Part shown: in pieces, positions 17,400 to 25,646 of the stretch
Position numbering within the stretch: the stretch's first letter is position 1
How the letters are laid out: every line of letters begins with the position of its first letter
Source: a virus
Taxonomy: Duplodnaviria; Caudoviricetes
Virus record (IMG/VR): IMGVR_UViG_3300023218_000148
Span: 1 to 37,900 of that record
Length of the DNA stretch: 37,900 bases
Strand: one strand, 5' to 3'
Translations under genes and position numbers: made by a program
The notes under the pieces: model-generated
Seen by the model: the letters and a program-made list of their open reading frames with translations, nothing else
What the model was told of the DNA's origin: nothing
Database searches by the model: none

Positions 17400-17926
17400 C
17401 GAATCACCCCCTTGAGGGTTTCCACTCGCGCTTCGAGCTGCCCGGCGAGTTCGTCCAGGTCGCGGCTGAAGGTTTCGCTGCGGGCGGCTTTTTCGCGCAG
17501 GGCTTCGACCAGGTAGGTGATGTGATAGAAGATGTGGCGCTTGGGCTCTGCGCATTTGAAGTTGGCGAGCGTGTCGCAGGCTTCGTCCAGCCGATCGGCC
17601 GGGTTCTTGCGGGGGCTGATGGGCTCGTTCATTACGCGGCCTCCTGCTGAAAGCGCCGGTTTGTAGCGCTCGTCGGGTGCGAGGCTGCCAAGTTCGTCAA
17701 GGCTGGCGCGGTCGAGCAGCGCGGTCGCTTCAGCGAGGCGGTTCACGCGGCCTGCTTGCGCTGCAGCGTGTTTGTCCAGTTGGCTCCCGGTTGGTGAATT
17801 GCCCTCCCCGTTTGGCCGGGGCACCGTGACATCTCCGGGCCAGAGCGCCAGGCCTTTCCCTGGAGTCATCCGAGATATTTCTATGCGCGCCTCGGCCGTC
17901 GCGCCATTTGTGTGCGGTCCGGTCAT
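17396..17926 (-). CDS. Hypothetical protein; possibly only 17396..17632 is real
   Basis: ORF coupled to ner; strong internal GGAGG plus ATG at 17632. Confidence 0.45.
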   Translation of the reverse strand: MTGPHTNGATAEARIEISRMTPGKGLALWPGDVTVPRPNGEGNSPTGSQLDKHAAAQAGRVNRLAEATALLDRASLDELGSLAPDERYKPALSAGGRVMNEPISPRKNPADRLDEACDTLANFKCAEPKRHIFYHITYLVEALREKAARSETFSRDLDELAGQLEARVETLKGVIR

Positions 17927-18222
17927 GCGGCTTTCTCCATCGCCGCGCGCTTGCGCTCGGCCGGGGGCACGGCGTACTTGCCGCAGGGCCAGAGGCGGTT
18001 GAGGGACAGGCCGGTGACTTCGGCGATCTTGCTGGCGATGTTGTAGCTGGCTATGCGGTCGTGGATGACCTGGTTGACCGGGGGCCCGCTGATGCCCAGC
18101 GCCTCGGCGATCTGGGCCTGGCTGGAGCCGACCATGCTGAGCGCCCAGGCGCGATCTGCGCCGGTGACCGGTGTTTTTCCGTCAAAAATTTTGAGCAGCT
18201 TGGCGCGGGTGCTATGCTTCAT
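17923..18222 (-). CDS. ner: Ner/Cro-like HTH regulator
   Basis: SQAQIAEALGIS HTH and IA...G....LWP..Y Ner signature; first early gene, divergent from repressor. Confidence 0.8.
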   Translation of the reverse strand: MKHSTRAKLLKIFDGKTPVTGADRAWALSMVGSSQAQIAEALGISGPPVNQVIHDRIASYNIASKIAEVTGLSLNRLWPCGKYAVPPAERKRAAMEKAA

Positions 18223-18251
18223 CGCCCTGTTCCATAGGTATTTATGGGGCG

Positions 18252-18281
18252 AGTATAGGGCAAGTAATCTTGCCCTGTCAA
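18252..18281 (-). promoter_or_regulatory. Early promoter with operator in its spacer
   Basis: TTGACA-N18-TATACT on the minus strand; dyad AGGGCAAG-TAAT-CTTGCCCT (18257-18276). Confidence 0.8.
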
Positions 18282-18289
18282 TATTTTTT

Positions 18290-18307
18290 GGGCAATTATT
18301 CCGGCCC
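18290..18307. promoter_or_regulatory. Second, degenerate operator
   Basis: GGGCAATTATTCCGGCCC resembles GGGCAAGTAATCTTGCCC (18258-18275), same length. Confidence 0.55.
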
Positions 18308-18322
18308 GCGGGAGTACCAAGA

Positions 18323-18724
18323 ATGGATATAGAGGATCGCCTCAAAGAGGTCAGGCAGGAGAAGGCGCTTAATCAAACGGCTTTCGGTGCCTTGGGCGGC
18401 GTCAGCAAGACCACTCAGAAAAACTATGAGTCGGGTAAGCACAAGCCGAGCTTTGAATACCTCGAGAGCTTGGCGAAGGCGGGCGTCGATGTCTACTACC
18501 TGCTGACGGGCCGCCGAGACCCGAAGCTGCTGACCGACCAGCAGAAGCGGCTGCTGAGCCTGTTCGAGGAGTTGAACGCCGATGCCCGCCAGGTGCTGAT
18601 CGGGCTGCTGGAGGCGGTGAAGACCGGCCGCGTGGCAAAGGGCGAGTCGGATACCGTTCGACAGCGCCCGGGCGGCGCACCGATCAGCGTGAAAAACCCC
18701 GCCAACCCCCGCTCCGAGGACTGA
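18323..18724 (+). CDS. Phage repressor (XRE HTH)
   Basis: DRLKEVR....NQTAF...GGVS...Q.NYE.G...P...YL......GVDV.YLLTG; divergent from ner. Confidence 0.88.
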   Translation: MDIEDRLKEVRQEKALNQTAFGALGGVSKTTQKNYESGKHKPSFEYLESLAKAGVDVYYLLTGRRDPKLLTDQQKRLLSLFEELNADARQVLIGLLEAVKTGRVAKGESDTVRQRPGGAPISVKNPANPRSED

Positions 18725-18956
18725 CCGCCCGACACCTTATATACAGGGCGCCCGTGCGCGCTCGCCTCCCCCAACCTGCCCGAGCTCGCCACTGCCGGAA
18801 CTGCTATTCCGGCCCAGATTAGCATTTGATCACCATTTCGCCAGCACCTCCCGAGCGCCGTGAACCCGGGTGCGAGCCGACCCTCAAAGCTTCACCGTGC
18901 GTTGAAACCGGGCGGTGCGCACCTTGCTATAGTAGAGTTCCACCAGGAGGCAACCG

Positions 18957-19163
18957 ATGAGCAAAGCAATCCGCAATTTCATTATCGGCATGGGCAGCGT
19001 GCTGGATCTCCGCCCCGTGGATGATGTACAGGCCGAGATTGCGCGTCGCCGCCGGCGTGGCAGCGACTTCGAGGCGATGCAGCACGACTGGGAGATGGTC
19101 GGCCGCGACATGCGCAAGGCCATTGACCGGTTCGAGCGCGACCGCCCGCAGCACTGTGGCTGA
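18957..19163 (+). CDS. Small hypothetical moron protein
   Basis: AGGAGG ribosome site; extended -10 TGCTATAGT at 18925-18933; G.GSVL.L.P...D..A...DW..VG.D motif. Confidence 0.75.
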   Translation: MSKAIRNFIIGMGSVLDLRPVDDVQAEIARRRRRGSDFEAMQHDWEMVGRDMRKAIDRFERDRPQHCG

Positions 19164-19370
19164 AGGTTCACACCCCGTTTCGGGGCAGGTCGAATCCGGA
19201 GAGCAAAGGCGATTGACAGGCGGCGCGCGGCTGCCCGCCGCTCGATTCAGCAAACGCTCAGCAAATGGGTATTTATAGGGCCGCAAGGTCGTTTTGGCCA
19301 AAATAGGGGCCACCCTGCAGGGTCGCCCACAAAACGGCCTGAATTCCACGAGAGGCGATCGCGCCCGGAT

Positions 19371-19399
19371 TTGCACCCGCCGTTGCCCGGTGCTACGAT
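19371..19399 (+). promoter_or_regulatory. sigma70 promoter for accessory genes
   Basis: TTGCAC-N17-TACGAT with extended TG. Confidence 0.6.
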
Positions 19400-19424
19400 C
19401 GGGTTCCACCTGGGAGGGTTTGGC

Positions 19425-20024
19425 ATGAGCGAGAAGAAACGAGAGCGGCGCGACGATTCGCGCCAGGACCAGGGCAGCCAGGAACGGCCTTTGAAAGAGG
19501 ACTACGGTCCGGGCCGCCGCGCCTGGTTCGATGGCTGGCACAAGCTCACTGTCGGCGTGGCGGCGGTGTTCGGCTCGGCCACGTTCTATAGCGTGCTTCA
19601 GTCCTACACCGAGCTGGCCATGATTCTGGCCGGCCTGGTGACGCTGCTTTCGGTGGCCGATTTCGTGATCGGCCACGGCACGATGGCGCGGCTGCACCAC
19701 GATCTGGCGCGCGATTTCATCCGTCTGGATGCGCAGGTGCGACGTGGTGACGAGGACGATCCGGAGCTCGTGCGAGAAGCGTGGGATCAGCGATTGGCGA
19801 TCGAGGCCCGTGAGCCTCCGACCAAGGTCAACCTTGGCCGAATCTGCTACAACGAGCAGTTGCGCGCCGAGGGCCGGGATGGCGAAGGCTATTACATCGA
19901 GCTGGGCTGGTGGCAGCGCGCGCTGGCGCATGTGATCGATATCGGCGCGCACCGGCGCGCGAAGAAGCCGCCGAAGCATCCGCCGGCCGACGCGCCCGCA
20001 GAAGCGGCGAACTCAGCGGGTTGA
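19425..20024 (+). CDS. Two-transmembrane protein, SLATT-like
   Basis: Two hydrophobic helices then AR.H..L...F..L, IE..EPP and CYNE motifs; GGAGG ribosome site. Confidence 0.7.
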   Translation: MSEKKRERRDDSRQDQGSQERPLKEDYGPGRRAWFDGWHKLTVGVAAVFGSATFYSVLQSYTELAMILAGLVTLLSVADFVIGHGTMARLHHDLARDFIRLDAQVRRGDEDDPELVREAWDQRLAIEAREPPTKVNLGRICYNEQLRAEGRDGEGYYIELGWWQRALAHVIDIGAHRRAKKPPKHPPADAPAEAANSAG

Positions 20025-20083
20025 CCGACAGCCTTGATAAAGCCTGGTCGCTGGGGCCGGGCGAAGTACCAGGAGGGGATGCT

Positions 20084-20794
20084 ATGAGAATTATTGCCGC
20101 AGCGGCTGCGCTAATTCTGGGCGGCTGCGCGTCGATCGAGCGGCCGGAAGCCACGCGCTCGTCAGAGCATGTTGTCGAGCGCAACTATACACTGGGCAAA
20201 GAGCAGACAGCCTACGTGGGTGACGCGATCCTGCGCGTGAAAGACTACTGGATCTTGCGCACCGGCAATCCGGCGGTGACACCGACGACCACCGTCACGA
20301 TTAACCCTACAGGCTGGGGCGGGCCGGTCACCTATTCGCCGGGGCTCCTGTTCCCTGTGGAGGGTCAAGTTACGCTGGGAGGAGAGCAGTTCACAGTCGT
20401 CCGGTTCTCGGAGTTTGGAGATCACGGCCGCTTGATCATCAACAGCAGCGGCCGGTTGGATGGCAGGTTCCTTAATATGTATAACCGCCCCGTGCCGATG
20501 TTGCGTCACGAAGTTGATCCGCCAGGCGCGACCTTTGAGCAGACGGTCCAGCAAGAGGTGGAGCAGGATCGAACCTTTCTGAACTTTGAGCTGATTTACT
20601 CCGGCGCCAGCGGCGGGTCGATCAATGTTCTGTACCGTGAGTACACGCCCGACGACCTAATCCGACCTGCCTTTTCTCAGAACCTGACCTACGACAACAC
20701 TTCAGAGACAATCCGCTTCCGCGATGTGCTGATCGAGGTGCATGCAGCAGACGGCGCTTCTATCCGGTACACGGTGCTTGAAGACGGACTGTAG
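20084..20794 (+). CDS. Lipoprotein (moron)
   Basis: Signal peptide with lipobox LGGC; C-terminal ELIYSG...YREY...RPAF.Q.L.YD. Confidence 0.8.
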   Translation: MRIIAAAAALILGGCASIERPEATRSSEHVVERNYTLGKEQTAYVGDAILRVKDYWILRTGNPAVTPTTTVTINPTGWGGPVTYSPGLLFPVEGQVTLGGEQFTVVRFSEFGDHGRLIINSSGRLDGRFLNMYNRPVPMLRHEVDPPGATFEQTVQQEVEQDRTFLNFELIYSGASGGSINVLYREYTPDDLIRPAFSQNLTYDNTSETIRFRDVLIEVHAADGASIRYTVLEDGL

Positions 20795-20795
20795 T

Positions 20796-21029
20796 TTAAC
20801 TGCGGCAGGGCTGCCTGTTTCCAAAATCCCGGGCCGCTGAATGCAAATCCGGACGCTGATGGCGTCTCCCACACGGATGGACGTGCGGGGATGGCGTCGG
20901 GTGAAACGCGCAACCGCACGGCGCGTGCCACTCGTGATGGACCTTCCCACCACGCTCGTTCGCGTCCCATTGGAGGCCGAGTGGTCGCGGTGCGGGCGCG
21001 CGGCGCGGCTGTCCGTCTCTCATGCTCAT
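20796..21029 (-). CDS. Small His/Cys-rich hypothetical protein
   Basis: ATGA overlap with the upstream stop; ends head-to-head with the lipoprotein gene. Confidence 0.4.
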   Translation of the reverse strand: MSMRDGQPRRAPAPRPLGLQWDANERGGKVHHEWHAPCGCAFHPTPSPHVHPCGRRHQRPDLHSAARDFGNRQPCRS

Positions 21030-21436
21030 GTCTCCACCTGCACCGCGGCCATGAACAACTGGTCGACGAACGCATCGGAGACCCCCAGCGCCTGCTGTAC
21101 CGCGCGCATCGTCTGGCTATCGCGGCTGACGGTGGGCGCCTGGCGGGCGGCGACGCGGTAGGCCTTGTTGCTCTCGATCAGCGCCTCGGCCTGGTCGAAC
21201 AGCCCTTCGTCGATGGCGAGCAGCGCCAGCCAGAATTGCTCGCTGCGCACGGATTGGGGCACGTGCGTGCCAAGCGCGGCGGCGTGTTTTTCGGCGGCAG
21301 CTCTTTCTTCCGGCCCGCCTAGCAACTCCACGGTGCAGCTTTCAGCCGCCTGGGACGCAATCCGGTGCGCCGTGTTTTCCGGCAGATCGGCCGCGCGAGT
21401 TGCGCCGTCTGTTTTCCATCGCGTTGTTAGCAGCAT
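21026..21436 (-). CDS. Tail-fibre-associated / assembly protein
   Basis: VP.SV...Q..LAL, A....R.S and LG.S...VD.LF..A pattern common downstream of fibre genes. Confidence 0.7.
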   Translation of the reverse strand: MLLTTRWKTDGATRAADLPENTAHRIASQAAESCTVELLGGPEERAAAEKHAAALGTHVPQSVRSEQFWLALLAIDEGLFDQAEALIESNKAYRVAARQAPTVSRDSQTMRAVQQALGVSDAFVDQLFMAAVQVET

Positions 21437-22920
21437 CACAGCGCCCTCGGCAGGTCCATCAGGGAAAACGACGATATTGCGGGTTGACTATCTGCAAAAA
21501 TGATCCCGCACTCCGTGGCCGCTACGATGGCGTCATAAAAAGTTTGATTGTCTGCGGCTGCCCTTGAGTAGCTGGCTTTCAGCCATCCTCCGCCGTTGCC
21601 TTGCGCGGCGACGAAAAGACCTCCCGAGTAAATTGAAACATCAACGGTTAGCCGGCCTGCTCTAGTTACGCCGAGCACTGTGTTGTCATCCGAAAATGCG
21701 ACTAAAGTACTAACGCCCGAAACCCGCTCGACTATTTCCAATCTCCTGCCATTATTTCCACCTAGCCAGCAAATCAAGTGGTTATCGATATCAGCCCATC
21801 GCATGATGACGCCTGCCGGTGAGGCGCCTGTTACATCGACAACGAAACGCAAAACCCTTAGGTTGTTGGAATCGACAAACGCAGCGTCTGCAAGCGCGAT
21901 TGTCGCAACAGAAAACTGCGCGTTGAGGCTGTCGCCGCCTTGCGCCTGCTTTCCGGCCAGTTCGGGATAACTCCAGCGTCCGTCAGTTAACCATGCAGCC
22001 GTCGAAATGTCCTCGCCTGTCCATGTATGCCCGGAGTCAGATACACCGAGCGCATCCGTGGCCGCCGCAGCGTCGGCACGGTTGAAAGTGTCGTAAGCCA
22101 GAATCCTATCCTGGCCGTAGTTCTGTGCGGCCAGCCATGCGGGCACGCTGGTGCTGCCCGCCGCCCCTTCCGCCCCGCGGATATCCACCCCGTCCGCGAT
22201 ATCGGCTACCAGCCCGCTGATGCCGATGTACTGCCCGGTGGCGGGCTTGGTGCCGGCACCGCCGGTCCAGTCGGTGACCTGGTGCACGCGGCGCGCGCCG
22301 TCGGTGACGGTAGCGAGAATTGGCGACCAGCCGTTGTTGCCGTCGGTGCCGTCCGCACCGTCCGCCCCCGCCGGGCCTGTCGCGCCGGTTGGCCCTTGAA
22401 TGCCCTGCTCGCCGCGCGGGATCTGGAAGAAAATCGACGGCGCGCCAGCGTCGTAGTCCACGCTGAATGCCTCGCCGGAATCCACCGCTTCGCCGTCGAC
22501 GGTGAGCGCAGCGCCGAAGTTGAGCGTGGCGGCTTCGGATGCGGCGGCGTCGGCGGCAGCTTGAATTGCAGCATCCTGGGCTGCTTGTGCCGCGCTCTTG
22601 CCCGGCGGAGGGTCTGTGATAAGGTCGCCGAATTTGGCCACGCCGGTATCGGGAACAGTGATCCGGGTCTGCCAGAACGCTATTGCAGTTTGGGGCCGAA
22701 AGAAGTACACGCGGTACTGAGTGCCGCGCCGACCTGACGTGTTGGGGTGCAGTTCTATTTGGGCGATGCCATGTAGGTCCAGATCCGCGCTGATCCGAGC
22801 CGGAATGACCAGGGTCGCGTCGGCATCTACGACGTCAGGCGCGTCTAGCTCGAACAGCACGCGAGCGTTCGCAGCCGCGGCGCCGAGTTGGTCCTGTGCG
22901 TGGATTTCTACTGTGGTCAT
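21436..22920 (-). CDS. Tail fibre / receptor-binding protein with collagen-like repeats
   Basis: N-terminal attachment-like domain, Ala-rich coil, GXY run (GEQGIQGPTGATGPAGADGADG), beta-rich C-terminus. Confidence 0.75.
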   Translation of the reverse strand: MTTVEIHAQDQLGAAAANARVLFELDAPDVVDADATLVIPARISADLDLHGIAQIELHPNTSGRRGTQYRVYFFRPQTAIAFWQTRITVPDTGVAKFGDLITDPPPGKSAAQAAQDAAIQAAADAAASEAATLNFGAALTVDGEAVDSGEAFSVDYDAGAPSIFFQIPRGEQGIQGPTGATGPAGADGADGTDGNNGWSPILATVTDGARRVHQVTDWTGGAGTKPATGQYIGISGLVADIADGVDIRGAEGAAGSTSVPAWLAAQNYGQDRILAYDTFNRADAAAATDALGVSDSGHTWTGEDISTAAWLTDGRWSYPELAGKQAQGGDSLNAQFSVATIALADAAFVDSNNLRVLRFVVDVTGASPAGVIMRWADIDNHLICWLGGNNGRRLEIVERVSGVSTLVAFSDDNTVLGVTRAGRLTVDVSIYSGGLFVAAQGNGGGWLKASYSRAAADNQTFYDAIVAATECGIIFADSQPAISSFSLMDLPRAL

Positions 22921-22975
22921 GGGTTGACCCGTCGCGCGCTTTGTCCCATTCTATGTACATCCTCTCCTGATTGAC

Positions 22976-23000
22976 CGCGTGAAGCACTTCACGCTGACCC
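22976..23000 (+). promoter_or_regulatory. Late-promoter activator site, copy 2 (head/tail operon)
   Basis: CGCGTGAAGCACTTCACGCTGACCC, 23/25 identical to 7694..7718 on the minus strand. Confidence 0.7.
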
Positions 23001-23021
23001 CCCCTTCCTCGTTCCCTGAAC

Positions 23022-24245
23022 ATGCGCTTCATGCCGAAGCGCACGCTCACCAATTTCCGCGGGTTCGACGACTTCGTCGAGATCTTCCAGGCCGGTACGC
23101 ATACCGATAGCCAGGGCCGCACGGCCGAGTGGTCGGTCGATGACCTGGACCAGATCGTGGCCAACCATAACGAGGCTTCGGCCGCGCCGATTGTGGTCGG
23201 GCATCCGAAGACCAACGACCCGGCGTTCGGCTGGGTCGGCAAGCTTCAGCGCGTGGGCAAGAGCCTGATGGCGAAGTTCACCGACGTGGTGCCGGAGTTC
23301 GCCCGCGCCGTGGAGACCGGCCGCTACCGCAAGCGCTCGGTTTCGCTGGGCCGCGGGCCTGACGGGCTGCGCCTGCTGCACGTGGGCTTTCTGGGCGCGA
23401 AGCCGCCGGCGCTGGATCTGGCGCCGATGAGCTACGAGGCGCCCGAGGCCGTCGATCAGGTGTTCGAGTTCTCCGCCGAGATCGACTGGCAGACGCCGAA
23501 CATTGTCTCGCGCGCGCTCAGGCGCCTGCGCGAATGGATTATCGACCGCTTCGATTCCGACACCGCCGACCGGGTGCTGCCGGTGGGCGATCTGGACTTT
23601 CTCGACGAGCACGCCAACGACCTGCGCCAGAAAGAGCGCGACGGTAGTGACGTGGATGACGATTCGATCAACAGCGGTGCGTTCGCGCGCGCCGGCAATG
23701 GGAATGCACAAGGAGGCACGAGCGACATGCCGTTCACACAAGCAGATATCGACAAGGCCCGGCGCGAGGCGCGCGAGCAGGCCGAGGCGGAATTCAACCG
23801 CCAGATCCAGACGCGCGACAGCGAGCTGGCCACGGCCCGGGCCGAGAAGCACCGTGCCGAATTCTCGGCCGAGCTGGACAGGCTGCAGGCCGAGGGCAAG
23901 CTGACGCCCGCGCAGGCCGCCGGCGCGCTGGAGTTCATGGTTTCGCTGGCCGCCGAGCCGGCGGAGTTCGAGTTCGCCGGCGCAGACGGAAAGTCGAATT
24001 CGAAGACCGATCAACTGGCGTGGTTCCGCGAGTTCGTGAAGGCTTTGCCGAAGCAGGTGCATATCGGCCAGCGCGCAGACGACGACCCGGCCAAGCCCAA
24101 GCGCGCGAGCTTTGCCGCGCCGGCCGGCACGGTGGTCGATTCCGACCGCCTGAGTTTGCACGAGAAGGCGCTGGACTACGCGCGCCAGCACAACACCACG
24201 TATCTGGCGGCCGTGCAGGCCGTTGAACAGCAGCAGGAGGCCTGA
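23022..24245 (+). CDS. Mu gpI-like prohead protease/scaffold
   Basis: EIF.AGTH, AP.V.GHP...PA.GWV, Y.KRS.S and HVGFLGA.PPA motifs; scaffold-like C-terminus. Confidence 0.9.
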   Translation: MRFMPKRTLTNFRGFDDFVEIFQAGTHTDSQGRTAEWSVDDLDQIVANHNEASAAPIVVGHPKTNDPAFGWVGKLQRVGKSLMAKFTDVVPEFARAVETGRYRKRSVSLGRGPDGLRLLHVGFLGAKPPALDLAPMSYEAPEAVDQVFEFSAEIDWQTPNIVSRALRRLREWIIDRFDSDTADRVLPVGDLDFLDEHANDLRQKERDGSDVDDDSINSGAFARAGNGNAQGGTSDMPFTQADIDKARREAREQAEAEFNRQIQTRDSELATARAEKHRAEFSAELDRLQAEGKLTPAQAAGALEFMVSLAAEPAEFEFAGADGKSNSKTDQLAWFREFVKALPKQVHIGQRADDDPAKPKRASFAAPAGTVVDSDRLSLHEKALDYARQHNTTYLAAVQAVEQQQEA

Positions 24246-24248
24246 GCC

Positions 24249-24593
24249 ATGCCCGCGACGAAGATTCCAGTACTTACGCTCTCGATCCTGGCCACGGCCG
24301 ATATCGCTGAAGGACAGGCTGTCGGTTTCGACGGCGCGGTTGCAGCCCCGAAGGCACCGATTGTTGGCATCGCCGCATGCGATGCCAAGGCCGGCGATCA
24401 GGTGGCTGTCGATGCCCTGGGCACGGCGGTGGCGACGCACATCGCATTGATCCCTGGCATCGCAGTGGGCGATGCGCTGGAGATCGGTGATGCTGGCGGC
24501 GTGGTGCCGGACTCCGATGGCGTCATCGTGGCCAGGGCGCTGCAGGCCGCAGCCGCCGACGGCGATCGCGTCGAAGTCCTTCTCACCCCGTAA
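24249..24593 (+). CDS. Capsid cement/decoration protein (DUF2190-like)
   Basis: Small Ala/Gly-rich protein ending AL.AA.A.GD..EVLL, between protease and capsid. Confidence 0.8.
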   Translation: MPATKIPVLTLSILATADIAEGQAVGFDGAVAAPKAPIVGIAACDAKAGDQVAVDALGTAVATHIALIPGIAVGDALEIGDAGGVVPDSDGVIVARALQAAAADGDRVEVLLTP

Positions 24594-24620
24594 CCCGGTA
24601 AAGCACAGGAGATATCAGCG

Positions 24621-25550
24621 ATGCCGACCAACGCACAACGCCGGGTGATCGACCCGATTCTCTCGACCGTCGTCCAGGGTTTCTCGCACCCCGAGCACGT
24701 CGGAATGAGCCTGTTCCCGCGCGTGACCGTGCGGGTCTCGGGCGGCAAGGTGATCGAGTTCGGGCGCGACAGCTTCCGGCTCTACAACACCGCCCGGGCG
24801 CCGGGGTCTGCGACCAAGCGCATGAACCTGGGTTACGAGGGCAAGCCGTTTGCCCTGGAAAACCACGCCCTGGATGCGCTGGTGCCGCGCGAGCATCTGC
24901 GCGAGGCCGAAGAAGTGCCGGGTATCAACCTGGCCACCGAGGCGGCCAACGACGTGATGGCAGTCAGCAGCCTCATCCTCGAAAACCAGCAGGCCGGGCT
25001 GGCGCGCGACGCGAACAACTACGCGGCCAGCAACAAGGTGGCGTTGACGGGCACGGACCAGTGGAACGACTACGCCAGCTCCGACCCGATCGGCGATATC
25101 GAGGCCGCCCGCAACGCGGTGCGCAACAAGGTGGGGCTGTACCCCAACACCCTGATGCTGAGCGCGCCGGTGTTCGACCAGCTCAAGCACCACCCGCAGA
25201 TCATCGACAAGATCAAGCACACCCAGACCGGCGTGCTGACCGAGGAGCTGCTGGCCAATATCTTCTCGATCGCCCGCGTGGTGGTCGGCAAGGCCGTGGC
25301 CGTCGGCGACGACGACGTGCAGTTCGACGTTTGGGGCAAGGATGCCATCCTGGCCTACGTGCCGCAGCAGATCACCGGCATCCGCCAGCCGAGCTACGGC
25401 TACACCTACACGATGGACGGCCATCCGCTGGTCGAGCAGCCGTTCTGGGACAACACGCACAAGAGCTGGATCTATGGCGTGGCCTACGAGCGTGCGCCGG
25501 TGCTGTCGGGCATCGAGTCCGGCTTCCTGATCCAGACCGCGGTGGCGTAA
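24621..25550 (+). CDS. Major capsid protein
   Basis: 309 aa; IDP.L...GF, RAPG, SDP.GDI...PN and PSYGYT motifs; strong codon bias. Confidence 0.9.
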   Translation: MPTNAQRRVIDPILSTVVQGFSHPEHVGMSLFPRVTVRVSGGKVIEFGRDSFRLYNTARAPGSATKRMNLGYEGKPFALENHALDALVPREHLREAEEVPGINLATEAANDVMAVSSLILENQQAGLARDANNYAASNKVALTGTDQWNDYASSDPIGDIEAARNAVRNKVGLYPNTLMLSAPVFDQLKHHPQIIDKIKHTQTGVLTEELLANIFSIARVVVGKAVAVGDDDVQFDVWGKDAILAYVPQQITGIRQPSYGYTYTMDGHPLVEQPFWDNTHKSWIYGVAYERAPVLSGIESGFLIQTAVA

Positions 25551-25646
25551 TTGATTGCCTGACCCCTCCCTGGTGGGCACGGGAACGCCGTCGATAACCA
25601 GGCGTGACTGCGGTGAGAGCGCCGCCTTTAATCGAGGAACGAGAAG

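Noticed and set aside
18053-18345. Extended starts for repressor (18053) and ner (18345)
   Set aside because: They would overlap each other and the promoter/operator region; ATG 18323 and ATG 18222 fit the domains
20800-22920. Gin-type invertible fibre segment, mom/com or a diversity-generating retroelement
   Set aside because: No recombinase, DNA-modification enzyme, reverse transcriptase, flanking inverted repeats or template/variable repeat pair seen
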